Assembly: GCA_051362555.1 (NCBI GenBank)
Contig: CM120645.1
Coordinates: 20,584,001-20,648,000 of the forward strand
Source: Lingula anatina
Taxonomy: Eukaryota; Animalia; Brachiopoda
Direction: 5' to 3'
DNA length: 64,000 bases
Positions 1-13,732 of the stretch are shown piece after piece (the stretch's first letter is position 1; the number at the start of each line of letters is the position of its first letter). Below the pieces are notes generated by a model. It was given only the letters and a program-made list of their open reading frames with translations. It did not search any database and had not been told where the DNA came from. The position numbers and the translations under genes are program-made.

Positions 1-383
1 ACTGTTAGTAACTTACCATGGCTGATTGCAAAATTGTTAAAAATTGTTAAAACAGTGTGACAATATGGACAACTATTAGTTTTGCTATAGTGATCTATAT
101 ACTGACAACCTGTTAAACTATGGAGCACTTCAAGATCCTAGTCTTCAACTAAGGACAAAAACAAAGAGTTATTAAAATTGTATGAGCCCCAGATTTAAGT
201 TTAAGTAATGTAATCACTTCTTTCCCTTCTGAAGAACTGTCTTTACGGAAAATTTCATAAACATTTGTTCAGAGCTTTTTGAGATGTCTTGTCCATGAAC
301 AAACAATCACTGGTGAAAACAAAATCTTTAATTTATTGCCATTTTAATATGGTAATTTTAAAGGCTATAAATTGAACTTGTAG

Positions 384-3300
384 GTAACTGCTTTGGAAAA
401 ACTTCAAGGTGAAAAAGCAGACCTAGAGAAGAAATTAAAAACTGCTAAAAGTGATGGAAGAGAGAAAGAGAACTCTCTCTCAAAGGTATAATTATAGTTT
501 ATGTGATGTCTGGGATGTAATTTTTTGTTTAAAACAACAGATTGCTTTATGTTTTTTAAATGTCAAGTGTGTTTAAGTCAGCAATGTAAAAGAATATATT
601 TTCACTGTAAAGCTTAATGGCATAGCAACTCTTCAAATGAGATTCAACATTCCACTATAAATACTTGTAAACAACACATAGAAGTATAGTAAATGCCATT
701 TTACCACAAAAATGTCAGTAATTCTGAAATCTGTACTTACCATCAGTACTTGGACCTTCATACATGGCTATCTTCAGGGTTATCAAGGCTATAATCTCTT
801 AAGGAATTATTACAAAAACACGCTTGACAAAATCAACTAACTTTGAATATCATTGGTAAGTATTATAACATATTTTACCCCAGGAAAACCACTTAATAAT
901 AATGTGGGACTTTTCACACCAAAATTAAAAGTTGTTATTCCTATAATTAAACTTATGAACAGAAAGTTTTTGCTGGTTGGTTGACTTTCAGGGTAAAACT
1001 TCTACAATAAATTTTAATAAGGGTTATTTTTGCAGGCTAATTCCGAAAATGAGATACTGTCATCAAAACTGAGCAAAGCAGAAGGAACATTGAAAGAAAT
1101 ATCAGAGAAGCTGGTCACCACAGAACAAAAAGTTGAAAAAACTGCTGAAGAACTGAAAGCAAAGGTAATTTTACAATCATGCAAAAACAGCTTCATGTCT
1201 GGTCAAGTTTCAGTAAGGAAGAGAAACTCTGAAATAGGATGATGAATATTCACCAAATTTGTTCTTTTTCTAATTTTTTGTTAGAATGCTGAAAACAAGA
1301 AGTTGACTGCTGAAAAATCCAAGTTGGAACAAAAGTTGTCAGCTGTGTCCAGTGAGCTACAAGAGAAAGAAACCTCCCTGAAAAAGGTATAATTGTAACT
1401 AGGATTAGTGGCTGGCATTTCAACTATGTTTTTTTGTTTTTTGCTTTTTATATAAGAATTTGAAACCTAGGGAAAATAGGTAAGCTTATTTTTTCATTTA
1501 ATATTATTATTTTAACCTTATTTGATATGAAAAAGAAAAATGATAACAAAAAATATTTTCTTATTTCTTGTATGTTACAATGCCAAAAAATAAAATAGAA
1601 ATTGTGGTTGTTTTTTTTCCACATATCTTATGATATCCCAATTCTTTAAATATTTTTTCCTTAATTTTAGCTGACAACTGACCTAGAGTCATCCACTGGC
1701 CAGTGTCAAAGGTTGGAGACAGAAAGTAACAGCAAAAGTGACCAGTTGACCAAGCAGCTTGGGGACAAGGTGAGAAGAATGTTAAATCAATACTGTGACA
1801 GGAGTTTGGAAGCTAGTGGGGATGCAGTCTACTCCTTGAACCTATCAGCTCACTTGTTACTGAGAGACTTCAGAAAACTACAAGTCTGGTCAAAACTTTA
1901 GAAAAAATTCAAAGATGAAATCTAAAGATTATAGAATGGGACATAATAATTATAAAAACCTGTAATATGTACATCAGTTTTATCACGTTAAAAAAAACTG
2001 TTGATTTCTATTGTTTTTTTTTTTTCAAGTCTTACGCCAATTTTATTGCCCATTGTATGATGGTTTGTGTAGCAGACAGGGAATGTTATAAAGATTATAT
2101 AACAACTTAAGTTACTGGCCTGGGTGTTATGCTCCCACATTGTTTGCTTTTACATTACTAGTTTAGAGCAGTTGCCAATTTGTCATGAAATTAATGGTGA
2201 AAATGAAGTAGACTTTTTTTGTCATTTTTAGCAAAGTTAATAAGTTCAAAGATAACCATGTTACTGTATCAATAAATCTGCTTACTTTTGCATTGATTTT
2301 AAATCTGTTGGCTTGTTTCTAGAAATTACTTATATTGTGCATGTTTATATACATAATTTTTAAAAAATTCATAAAGTGAAGGTTGGTTTCTAATTTTAAG
2401 ACTAGGGAACTAGAAACCCAAGTTGCTCTAGGGAAGACACTGCAAGGAGATTTGGAAAATGCTAAAAGAGATCTTCAGCTAAAGGGAGAAGAGTTGCAGG
2501 GAGCAAGACAGGCTTTGGAAGAAGTGAGAAATTTGTGTGTGTTTGAGTGCAAGTAGATGAACATACATGTGTAAAACTTTAAAGTAATCATGCAAGCTCG
2601 CAGGATGATTATAAAAAAAAAGAGCCCTGCTCCCATTATCAATATTCAAGTAAGTCTGCTTTATTAAATCAACACTGGATAAGATTCAAATTCAATCTGT
2701 ATGAAATCAGAAATATGCATTTAAGAAGACTACCTATAGCTGAACTGATCATGAGATATTCAAGAGGTTGCAACCATTACATCTTTTTGTCCTTAGGTAA
2801 AGAGAGAACACACAACAACAGTGGAGTCACTTAGGCAGAGCTCAGAAACTTCAGTACAAGATGTGAAAAATGCCAAGCAGCAAGTGGAGGAGAAGGTAGT
2901 GATTAGAATATCATTAATCCTGCATAAAGTTATACTGAGCATATCATCATGCATGCTTGGGTGCATGTGTACGCACACACATGCACACACATGCAGGGAT
3001 GCTCACGTGCATAAAATTTATCATGAGCCTTCGCCTGTAGGTATGCATGTACATGTATTGGTATCTGAATCAAAATTAAATTGAATAGTTTTCCATTTTA
3101 CTTTAAAAATTAAATGAAGTTTTGTAATAGAAATCTTAGTTTCTTTGTTATATACTAGCTAAATTCTGGGGTCTTTATTATACATTTAAACAATAAATAG
3201 TTAAAACTAAATTCAGGGGATGGAGAGACCTCAGGATTTCCTCTTTTTCAAGTATTCTCTTGCTTTATTCCTGTTTCTTAAGTTCAGTTTTGTAAGGATG

Positions 3301-6300
3301 CTTTCCTTTCTTTTACAGCTGAACCAGATGGCTGCAGAGAAAGAGGAACTTTTACAGGTAAAATCTCAACTGACTAATGAGGTAGGCTCTTACAAACAGG
3401 CCTTGGAAGGACTGAGGAAGGAATTTGAAGACACCAAGGAACAATTGAATCAAGAAAAGGTATTCTGTTACTGAAGTCAAATTGTTTACTTTTATGTGTA
3501 TAGGCATCATCCGAGGCAATATTGCATGGCATCGTATGTGACTAGAAAAAGTGGGAGAGTCAGCATGAATTCTTTGTGCTGGGGATTTTGTCATATAAGA
3601 AAGCAATACAGACATATGCACAAATATAATTCAAAAGAAGAAAACGCTCAAAAAAATCTATGGATAAGTCCAGCCAACTGTAATCTCTAAATCAAGCAGA
3701 ATGTCTCTTAATTTTGTGCTAATTTGTGAGACTTTGGGCTATTACATTTTCACATATTTTCTGCTTAATGTCTATACATTTGAGAGCCTTGCTATCTTGT
3801 TTTTCAATCATTGATGTATGGGTTTTTTGTAGACTAAGTTACTTGACCATGTGCAGCAGACCAGGGAAGAAAGGGACCACTCAGTCAGGGATTTGAAGAC
3901 ACAGATACAGCAGCTAGGTGAAGAAGTAAGCCAGTTAAAGGTATGGACAGGACAGCAGATTGGCATTGGTTGCTTTGAACAATTTATACCATTATACTGT
4001 AGTATAGAAGAAGAAGATTTGTTTTCAATTATCTTAAATATGGATATATAGATTCGAATATTTTAAATATGCTATTTGCTTGGTTCTTATCATAATTCTA
4101 GTAAATTTTACATCACCACCTTATTGTATTGTAGTCATTTGGCTGTTTCAGTTGCAATTGCTTCATCAACAAAAGGGGTCTTTTTGCAAATACAGTTTTT
4201 ATTTCAATATTAACAGGTGTTTCTTGTTAGTAATTTTGCATGATGTATATTTTGCGGGTATTTAGGAGGTTTTTGTAGTTCATTCAGCTTATTTTTGCAG
4301 GTTTCTCTGGAACAGAAGTCACAAGGTGAAGCTGTAACAAAAACAAAAGTAAGACAAAAACATCAGGTCTTGTGACACAAAAAAAAAGAAAATGTAACTG
4401 TGATCATTGGGACTGATGTATTATTCAGCTCTTTAGAAACTGAAATCTGTAACTAAAAAAGTAGAAGATGGATGGAGTTTGGCTGAAGGCAAATAAAGTG
4501 ACCATATTGCTGAAATTTAGATATTGCTATTGTAAAATTCCAGAATAATACTAAAAATAATTGCTTAATTTGTAAAAAAAAAAAAAAAAAAGATGAATAA
4601 CTCCTAAGTAAGCAAAAATGATCAGTATTTTGTTAGTTGGATCCATGTCTTATAAAGGCCAGGTTGGCCATAAGCTAACAGTATGAAAGTATTTTGACTT
4701 GTGTTTGATAATTATCATATATGAATTCCTAAGTACAATTAGATATATTTTAGGAATTAATAATTTATTTTATACCAGATAGTCAAAATAAACAGATTTT
4801 GAAATTTTTTTACCATTAGATGACAGAGCTGGAGAAGGAGAGGTCTGGCCTGTTACAGAATGTACATGATCTGGAGCAGAAAGTCTCACAGTTACAAGAG
4901 AAGTCTTCTCAGCAGGAAGAGAAACTGGCTCTCCAGGTCAGAAATAATTTTTACTTTAAAATATTAAAGTATTTTGTATATGTGTATTTCTAATGTGTAA
5001 TGTTTGTAGTTAATTGCGATATGTCTATTTACATTTTTAAGATGCACAGTGAATGTTAGGGTTTAACTTCTTAGACATTTTAACATTTTTTTCTTTTTCG
5101 ACGTACCAAGTTATGCTATCTCGAGAACAGAATTATAATCATAAACCCCTATTTTTAGCTTTTAAGACCTATAATGGAAATAGAAACAGGAAAAAGACAA
5201 TAAAAAGTAGAAAATTAAAACTTACGAATGGAATTAAAAGTTATAGATTCTAAAAAAAATTTTGAAGAGTTTAGGATGGGGTATACTTTGGTGATGAAGG
5301 GATCCTTGCTAAAATTTGTATATAATATGCATCATATTCCTGAAATGTATTTGGTTACAATTTAAAGGAATGAGTTCCTATCATTTTAACAGCATCAGCA
5401 TTCTGCCTTATTTAAATTTTGGTATAAAAAAATGAATATATGCTGTAGTGTTCAGTACTTTATGAAATGGCTGCTATATTTATTGTATTTTTCAAAAAAT
5501 TCTGAATAGATTGTGTTATGTGAATTTAATAAATATCTCCTTCCTGCGTGCTCACACTCACAAAATACTTGCTTACACAAAATGTTGAAGTCCTGTCAAT
5601 TCTTTTTACAGATAGTAAAATTACAGACTAAAGAACAAGAATTTCAGTCCAGTCTAGAAAAGAAGATAACTGAGTATAAGGTAAATAAATATAAAGAAAC
5701 AATAATTCTGGCAATAATATCTTTGATGGTTTCTTTTGTTTTTCAGATTTATTCAGTCATGGCAAATAGCCATTTTCAGTTTTCATTTCAGTCATGAGCC
5801 TCTGGTTTTATACTTGACAGGGCATATTTGTTCATATGTTCGATAGGTTTTGATAAACATCTTATTGCTTTATAAGTGGTATCGTGATTTCAATTACCCC
5901 ATATATATATATATAAAAACCACTGTGCTTAGTTTTTAGTTTTCTCCTACCCCATCCAACACCTCCCCCTTCAACATTTCCTGGTTTACCATTTCAGCAA
6001 TAGCAAATTCTTGCTCTCTGCCAAGTATAAAACCATGTCACAATAATTTGCCATAGTATATTACCATAGTATATTTTAAATACTTTTTTGTTTTTATTAT
6101 TTTGTTTTCTATTCAGACACTTCAAAAGGAGTGTAGCAATTATGAAGAACAAATTGTAAAATTGCAGCAGCAATTTAGAGTAAGTGACCAGTATTTATAT
6201 TTTATTCTCAAAACCATCAGATGTTCAAAGAACAGACATTGGAAGAACAGAAATATGTTTGGAAAATAATGACGCATGACTGTATTGTCTCAACTGAATG

Positions 6301-7283
6301 TTTTAATTAATAATCTGCATTAACTTAAAAGTACATACTGCTTAATTGATTCTCCATGTTTTCAAATATTAGGATGAAAATGAAAAAGTCAACAAACTTC
6401 AGAAAGAGCTACAGAACACCAAGCTTGCACTTAAAGAGACTGAAGAAAACCTGCAGCATGCTACAGCAGAATTGGAGAAAGCTCAAGATAATGAACTTTC
6501 GCTTAATAACTCAATTGAGGAGATTTCTGAGGTGAGATCAGCTGTTGTCATGAAGAATTTTATCATATTCATTCCTTTATTTGATGTCCAATTTACTATG
6601 AAGTCCTTTTAGAATTGAATTAAGTTGAGAAATATTTCCTAACATTTTAAAAAATGGCCAAAAATGTATTATTTTTCTCGTTTCAAAGAGACAAAGCGTG
6701 TTTTCTACTTGTGTACCATGACAGAGCGTGTATCCCATCCTGTCTATGATGACATCTGAACTTCAGGAGTTCACAAGTTGATCAAGGCCCTTTGGTGAAA
6801 GAATAAAACATATCACATGCCATACTGATTGAAAACACCTGTCTTTTTGATGACAAAAATCTCTGTTACCATCATTACATAAGAGACAGTGAAAACCATA
6901 TTTATTATTTAACCCTAATAGTGTTATACAGGGGCGGATCCAGAGAGATTTTGTGACAGTCTTCCAAATTATCTTTATTGATCCATCCTCCATTTTTGAC
7001 TGTCTTCCAACAGAAAAAATAGAAACCCATCAATGTAAACTTGAAAATCTGACCGTCTTCCAGAAGACGGCCTAAATCCGCCCCTGTTATATACTGGTTC
7101 TATTCTCAGGTTAAGTCCTCGTTGGACAGCAGGATTTTACAACTGGACACAGACCTGAACAAGGCTGTTTCAGAAAGAGACTCACTGACTGAGGAAAAGG
7201 TAAGATAGGTAACAATGTAACATAACTCTCAAAGTGAGACTCACTAGTGGAGGAAAAAGATACATTGATTTGATTACATGACT

Positions 7284-7327
<44 letters not shown>

Positions 7328-10300
7328 TGAAGGAAAAGATGACATTGATATAATATTAGCACACGACTTTCAGAATGGGACTGAATAATGTGAAAACTTT
7401 CCAGCAAGTATTTTGAAGATGAAAGATATGCTAAAGCTAGAAAATTTCAGATTTGCCATCTGAAGCTCACCATCTGTTAACAAGTGACTACAATTACTTC
7501 AGTTTCTTTTTTTTTAATTTGGCAACACTTTAAATGAATTAGAACAATCACTTTTTTTTTTAAAATTTGAAGGGAGATACTAGTACCTAGGGTTGGAGGG
7601 GGGATAAGTACATGTAGATATAAAACCATTGCCCTTAAAGTATAGCCCATACAATTTCATTGGTTTGGTTGTGTGAAGTTGTATGTTGTATTATTTAAAC
7701 CTTTTTTTTTTCAGAAACAAATTTCAGAAGAACTTGATGGTCTCAAGCAGAAGTATCAGAACTTGACAGAGGAGAAGGCGGCTGTGGATTCAGAACTTGC
7801 ATCTCTTAAAGTCACGTTAGAAAAAGACCGCCAAGATGCCACACAGGTATGTATGTGCATGTACCAGTAGGTGCATGTGCGTGAACACGGAAGCCAGCAG
7901 TTTTATTTTTTCTTTTGCAAATCAAGTATTTTCATTATTATTTGATGATGATGTGACTTAACAAATTGTGCTCATTTTTGGGGTCAAGTATTTGTTTGTT
8001 TGTTTGTTTGTTTGTTTGTTTGTTTATATCTATTTTGATTAAATTGTGATGTACATGTAAGTTTCTCTCTCTCTTCGATAATCTTTTCATATTCTAGTAA
8101 GGGCCTTAGTACTATATATATACTTTGTTATTGACAATCTATAATACTTTGATTGAAAGTACTGTTATTGGTTATGCAACCTCTAAAATTTTGGCTATTA
8201 TAGTACATTATCTGTTAGGCCACACTTTTTTATTTTTATGGATGACATCCTCTTGGGACCCCGAAATCGGTGCGAGAGGGCGAAAAAAAAAAAACAGTCC
8301 AAAAAAAAAAAAATGCTGCTTTAAGTAAAGGAATGCTGTCAGTACACAGCTGGAAACACAAATTTACCACAGAAACACATATTAAAGGGATAATAACTCT
8401 TCATATGAGATCTATATTTCACAATAAAAACATTGTGAATAACTCATAGAAATATAATATATTCTGTTTTACCACAAAACCGGCAGTTATAGCTATTATT
8501 CTGATATCTGAGCTTGTCTTTAGACGACGTAACCTCCACTGATGGCTGTACTCTGTTAAAATCTCTTAAGAGATTTTAACAAAAAACCAAACTTTTTAGA
8601 AAAAAACCAGGGACTAACTTTGAATGTAAAAATGGAATCATTAACCATTGGTAAGTATGAGAAAATTGTTGGTCACTCCAGGAAAATTCATTTTTTGGCC
8701 GAAACAAAGAGTTATTATCACTTTAAACTAACAATGTGGCTTTTTCCATGCTCTCAAAATATTAAAGCATTGCGAATACTTTGAAAGGTAAAAAAAAAGT
8801 CATGAATAGAGAGGCCCGTAGCCGGGGGGGGGGGGGGGGGGGGGTGCCGAAAGAACCACCCCTTTTGCTGGGAAAAGGTCCACTCTGGGTAAAATTTGAT
8901 CTAAGTACATGAAGTTTTCATGGAAAAAGGTCCACTTTTTCAGAAAAAGCACCCCCACTTTGAAATTGCTGGCTATGGGCCTGATAAATATGCTGCATAT
9001 TACCAAATCTATTTAGGTTATTTCATGCATTTTGTTGATATAACAATCAATAAAACAAATATTTAACAAACAGTGTGTCTTTATTTGTACTCTCAGAATA
9101 TTAAAGCATTATGAACACTTCACAGAAATCTTAAAAAATGATGCTAAGATATGCTTAATACCACCAAATCTACAAAAGGTAATTTCGGTCGATGCCATTT
9201 GGTCTACTACGACTCACACGAAGCAGCCAAACTGTCAGGTGGCCTGACCGACCTTCTGCCCACCAAATACCTTGACGCCCTATCGACCCTTTTTTCGCTA
9301 CAAAAAACCTGGTATGTGCTGCTTTGGACAGAATGTCACTGAAATTTTCCGGGCGATAATCGCTGGCCGCCGCCAGTCTTTCGCATAATTGTAGAAAGTG
9401 GATATCTCCATGCCCAATATCAATGGCATAACAATCCAAAACGACGGCCCCATTCTCTCTATGACTTTACATAATTAATTGTCGTGTAATTTGAAAGTAA
9501 TCCTAGAGATGAATTTGAACTACTCCGAACTACTCGGATGTCTTCGCACTCGACAATAGTATGGAGCTTGCGGAGTGAGCCGAGGATTGCCGATTGATTT
9601 GACGGCAAAGCGGCCATATTTCCACGTGGCGATAATACGCATGCGCAGAAAGCTTATTTTCCGGCAAATTCAATAACGAAGTTTGCGACAACCGACTTCG
9701 TTGGAGGGAGGGGGGGATTTTTTTTTTTTTTCGGAGAACGGATGAAAATCGGTGCGCGCGCAGGATGTCATCCATAAAAATAAAAAAGTGTGGCCTTATA
9801 AGACCCCACTTTCAGTCCTGACTGTCTATTTGTTTATGCCAGGAAATTAATAGTCTGCAAGAAGCCAAGCAGTTACTTATTACCCAGAAGTTGGAACTGC
9901 AGGGGAAAATAAACCAGTTAGAGGAAGACACGAATAAGGTAATCCTTCTTTATTTTCTTCAGTATATTTAGACATAGTATATTGCAGATTTAGCAGTGGC
10001 TGCATTTTGTGGTGCCCAGTCATCACCATTGCCAGGTGAGTTATGAAGTTTATGCCCACCTTTAAATTTTCCCCTCTCACATATTAAGATAAAAGATATG
10101 TTAACTTACATCACCGTTTTCCTCTAGTACTTTTATCTAAACCTGAACATATTGATAACTTGTTGCCCAAAGATTCTAGACTGTCTATTTCTTAGGTAAA
10201 AATAGCCAAAAGTTTATAATATATAACAAAGACAAATGTGTCATGGCAAAAATTATCTTAATTGTGTTAGTGCGCTTAAATCGTTTTTCATCTAAAAATC

Positions 10301-10387
10301 TTTATATAATTGTTAACTTATGGTAAAGACTTGACCACTTACACTGATAGACCTGTCTTTCACCTACATCACAGATTTCTTGTGCCT

Positions 10388-10426
<39 letters not shown>

Positions 10427-13425
10427 AAACTAAAGTCTAATTGCACCCATGGGCAGTAAATGGCATGAAGTATTTATTTAAATTATTTATTTGCATGTGT
10501 TGTATTTTTCTGAAGATTTGTATTTTGTTTAGGTTAAAGCTGAGAAAGAAGAGAGTGCAGAAGTGGCCAAGAACGTTCAGATGATGTTGAAGGAAGAAAA
10601 TGCTGGGCTGCAGCATAAGCTGGTATGATTGTTAAAGATAATGTCAGAATGTGATAAATAAAACCCTCTCAATCTACTGACCCCAAGTCTAAGAGGCCAT
10701 TCCCATACCCTATCGTACCAGCAGGATTGATATATCTCAGAGGGGTTTCTCACGAAATTGCATTAAGTTAAAGCATGCTGTAGGGGTCCATGTTCCTCCC
10801 TACCCAGGTTCATCTAATATTTCGCTTGTCACTGATGCATGGGAGAGGGAATATAACCACAGACTCACATATTCAGTTATAAGTCTAAAAGTGTCTTTCT
10901 TAGGTCCCAACATTCAGCATTTATACACATTCTCTACAGGGATTCTATCTGCATGCCACAGTGGCAGCAACTCATTTAAATATTAATTGCAATGCAATAG
11001 ATAACAATTGAGGGCTTCTACTTTCAAGTTATATCAGTTCTACTTATCAGGTGTACCTCTACAGAGGATGATAAATATTCATTCAAGACTGAACCACATG
11101 CATTTAGTTGACCTTAACAATGCGCAAAAGTTAATTACCCCCCTAGCAGCTTCAGTGGGTGTGACAGATATTTAGGGCACTTAAGCTGCATGCAATTTAG
11201 CAAGAATCCTCTAGGAGTTAGATCAATCCTGTTAGTACAATAGGTTTATGGGAACCTAGTCTAAGACCCCATTCCCAGAGATTAGATCGATCTACTTTAG
11301 ATCGACCTAACTCCTTGGGGGTTCATGCTAAATAGCTGTCAGCCGAGCGGGCACGAAAGTTTATTACCCCCTTACAGCTTGTAGTAGGCGGGACGGACAT
11401 TTAAGCCAGGTTATCTGACAGTAATCTAGTAAGACTCCCTAAAAGCTCTGGGAATACGCCCTAAGAATCTACTGGTCCAAAGCAGGGGCAGTGGCCAATA
11501 ACTGAACAAATTCACCAAATTTTACTGGACCGGCTTTAGTTTTACTGGCATTTGGAGTGGGGCTAGTGCTGACATCACCTACTGTAACAGTTGTAGTACA
11601 GTCAGTTATGGCAGAATAAAATTTTCTGTGCAAAATTCAAGATTATTTCAAATTTTTCTTAGTAATACATGATGATAAATAGTAAATTAGTATTTGATTG
11701 ACAGTTGTGACCCAAAATATAATTTAAAACAAAATGAATTGCTTCTGTTAAAACTATCAAATTATTTCATTAAGAAATTTAAGGCTACTTTATCAGTGAT
11801 GTATCAGTCAGTATTGCACTGGGTGACTTGGATTTTAGTCGAGAATTGATATTAATAAGAAGAAGAAAAGAAAACTAATCCAGTTACAAATATATTGTAG
11901 TATATAATACATGTAATGTCACTAGTACAAACAGTGATCTCTGATTTAAATATGAAATACTTAAATTCTAACAGCATCTCAAAGCTTCCTTCAACATGGG
12001 AACTTGGTATTTTCAGGCTGCAGAGATAGAAGCCAGAGAAAATGCCAACAAGGAGAATGAAGAACTGGAGACCAGGAATGAAATGCAGTTTTCAGCTCTA
12101 AATGAGAATTTGGCAACACTTCGCCTGGATCTTCAGGTGGCCCAGGAGAAATACTCTGAGCTGACCAAGGAAAATGACGAAATTAGGGGTGAAAAGCTAG
12201 GTAAGTCACAGGCCAGCTTGTGGCCATTTAACTTTAATTAAACTTATTTGATACAGGTCATAGATTTTGGTGATTGTAGCATCCAACATTGAATTCGTTG
12301 ATAGATATATAAATTTAATTATAATTATATTAAAAGAATGAAAATTGAAACGTGCACCTCATCATATAACTGTAACGAACTAGTAGAACTGTAAACGCAT
12401 TCAGAACAGTGGACTTACAGAACTGGGGATCAAATATGGCTGACCCACTTGAATGCTGGTTGCGTAATCCCTGCAGGGAATCTATTAAGTGTCTAATCGT
12501 GAATTAAGCCGCAAGCTTTTTAGTGAGTCACCATATTTGATCCATGGATCTGTTAGTTTCACTGTCCTGAATGCACTCTTTGTTTTCTGGGTTACTTTCA
12601 GAGTTGGAGGCAAAGCTAGAAAATAACAATGACGAGAGGCGGGCGCTGCTGGAGAGATGTCTGAAGAGTGAGAAGAGCTGTGAGGAGTTGAGACAAAAGG
12701 TCGCTGAGTACAGGAGAAAGTTTGAAGAGACCACAGCAGCGCTACAAGAGCTGGGGAGAGAGAATCAGGTGCTTCAGGTAGGAATTACATATATATAGTT
12801 TATTTTATGATTATAAGAACTATTTTTATTCCTAAAAGAATATACCATGAAAACTTGTTTTAGACTATTTGTTGAACTCTTTTGTGAAACTGGACCCTGA
12901 ATCTGGATTAATAATTTTCAGAACTATGTCAATATTAATAAATGGCAATACCTCCATTAATATCAGATTAGATGCTTTATCAACAAGTTGAATTTAATTT
13001 GTACACGTTTCTAGTTGTTTTCCTAAACATTTTTTACCCATATTTTTTATGCATTCCAAAAATACGCACTTCAACACAATAAACAGACAACATGCAGTTT
13101 ACATGCACATGCCACAGGCTGTATCTTGGGACTGGGAATTGAGTTATTCAATTTATGACATATTAAGTGTTCCTAATATTTCAGATTCAGACGACTAAAG
13201 TGGTCACAAGAAAGTGGGCAGATGACAGTGAAGTGTTAGAGTGCCAGGCCTGCAGTAAACCCTTCTCTGTCACTGTGAGGAGGGTGAGTTTTTAGATAAT
13301 GGCTTCTATGAATACTTATTGATTTATTTTCTTATTTTTTTAATTTTCGTTTATAACCAGGTGGAAAGTTTTTGGAATTAGACCATTACTGAAATTTAAA
13401 TGAGGTTTGGATAATTTTGATTTGC

Positions 13426-13463
<38 letters not shown>

Positions 13464-13732
13464 AAAATTTTTAGATATTATGAAATATTTATACCTGGGA
13501 TGTTCTGCAGCTAAAAGCCTTATTGCGCAATATTAATATTTTCCACTTTCTGTGTCCAGAAATTTTTGTCATAAAGTATGTCACTTGTCATTTATTTCCA
13601 CTTCAGCATCACTGCCGTAACTGTGGCCAGATCTTTTGCCACGAGTGTTCCAGCAGAAACGCAACAATTGCATCCTCCAAGAAGCCAGTGAGAGTTTGTG
13701 ACACCTGTTATGGAGAGGTTGGGAAGAGGTAG
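384..13732 (+). CDS. EEA1: Early endosome antigen 1, 3' portion (21 coding exons; 5' part lies upstream of the window)
   Basis: GT-AG exons in one continuous frame: 384-485, 1036-1164, 1285-1386, 1671-1769, 2401-2523, 2797-2895, 3319-3459, 3833-3940, 4301-4348, 4820-4936, 5612-5680, 6117-6179, 6373-6531, 7110-7199, 7715-7846, 9843-9938, 10533-10622, 12017-12200, 12602-12777, 13185-13283, 13607-13732 (TAG). Long E/K/Q/L coiled coil, then ERRALLERC...[14 protein letters not shown] and the FYVE finger [38 protein letters not shown]...[13 protein letters not shown], which match the EEA1 C-terminus. Confidence 0.95.
614..946. mobile_element. Degenerate Kolobok-like non-autonomous element (same family as 8386-8722)
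   Basis: Starts ttaatggcatagcaactcttcaaatgagattc and shares internal blocks with 8386-8722 (ttttaccacaaaa, attctgaaatctg, cattggtaagtat); ends aaaagttgttattcctataa. Confidence 0.5.
6929..7086. mobile_element. MITE with CAGGGGCGGAT termini (hAT-like non-autonomous element)
   Basis: Inverted termini caggggcggatcc ... aaatccgcccctg, with internal gtcttcca repeats. Confidence 0.65.
7169..7390 (+). repeat. Degenerate tandem copies of the EEA1 exon 3' end extending into the intron, containing a (GA)n microsatellite
   Basis: Exon tail tcagaaagagactcactgactgaggaaaag|gt recurs as tcaaagtgagactcactagtggaggaaaaagat (~7229), tcagag(ag)nacttatgaaggaaaagat (~7285) and ttcagaatgggactg (~7369). Confidence 0.7.
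8386..8722. mobile_element. Kolobok-like MITE nested in 8218-9795
   Basis: TTAA|agggataataactc ... gagttattatcact|TTAA: TIRs plus a TTAA target duplication. Confidence 0.7.
8811..8983. mobile_element. G-run MITE (CAGGCCCGTAGCC...GGCTACGGGCCTG type, hAT-like)
   Basis: TIR aggcccgtagcc / ggctatgggcct; homologous copies at 37714-37893 and 44788-44977. Confidence 0.7.
10693..11261. mobile_element. Degenerate member of the GACCCCATTCCCA MITE family
   Basis: Begins taa|gaggccattcccatac and ends tatgggaacctagtc|taa; the internal aagttaattaccccctagcagcttcagtggg block is shared with the other copies. Confidence 0.55.
11265..11461. mobile_element. PIF/Harbinger-like MITE (GACCCCATTCCCA family)
   Basis: TAA|gaccccattcccagag ... 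ctctgggaatacgccc|TAA; body nearly colinear with 55241-55454. Confidence 0.7.

Larger units (their letters stand above)
8218..9795. mobile_element. PIF/Harbinger-like non-autonomous DNA transposon containing two nested elements
   Basis: ~30-bp TIRs ggccacactttttatttttatggatgacatcc / ggatgtcatccataaaaataaaaaagtgtggcc, with TTA on both sides (3-bp TSD). Confidence 0.85.
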
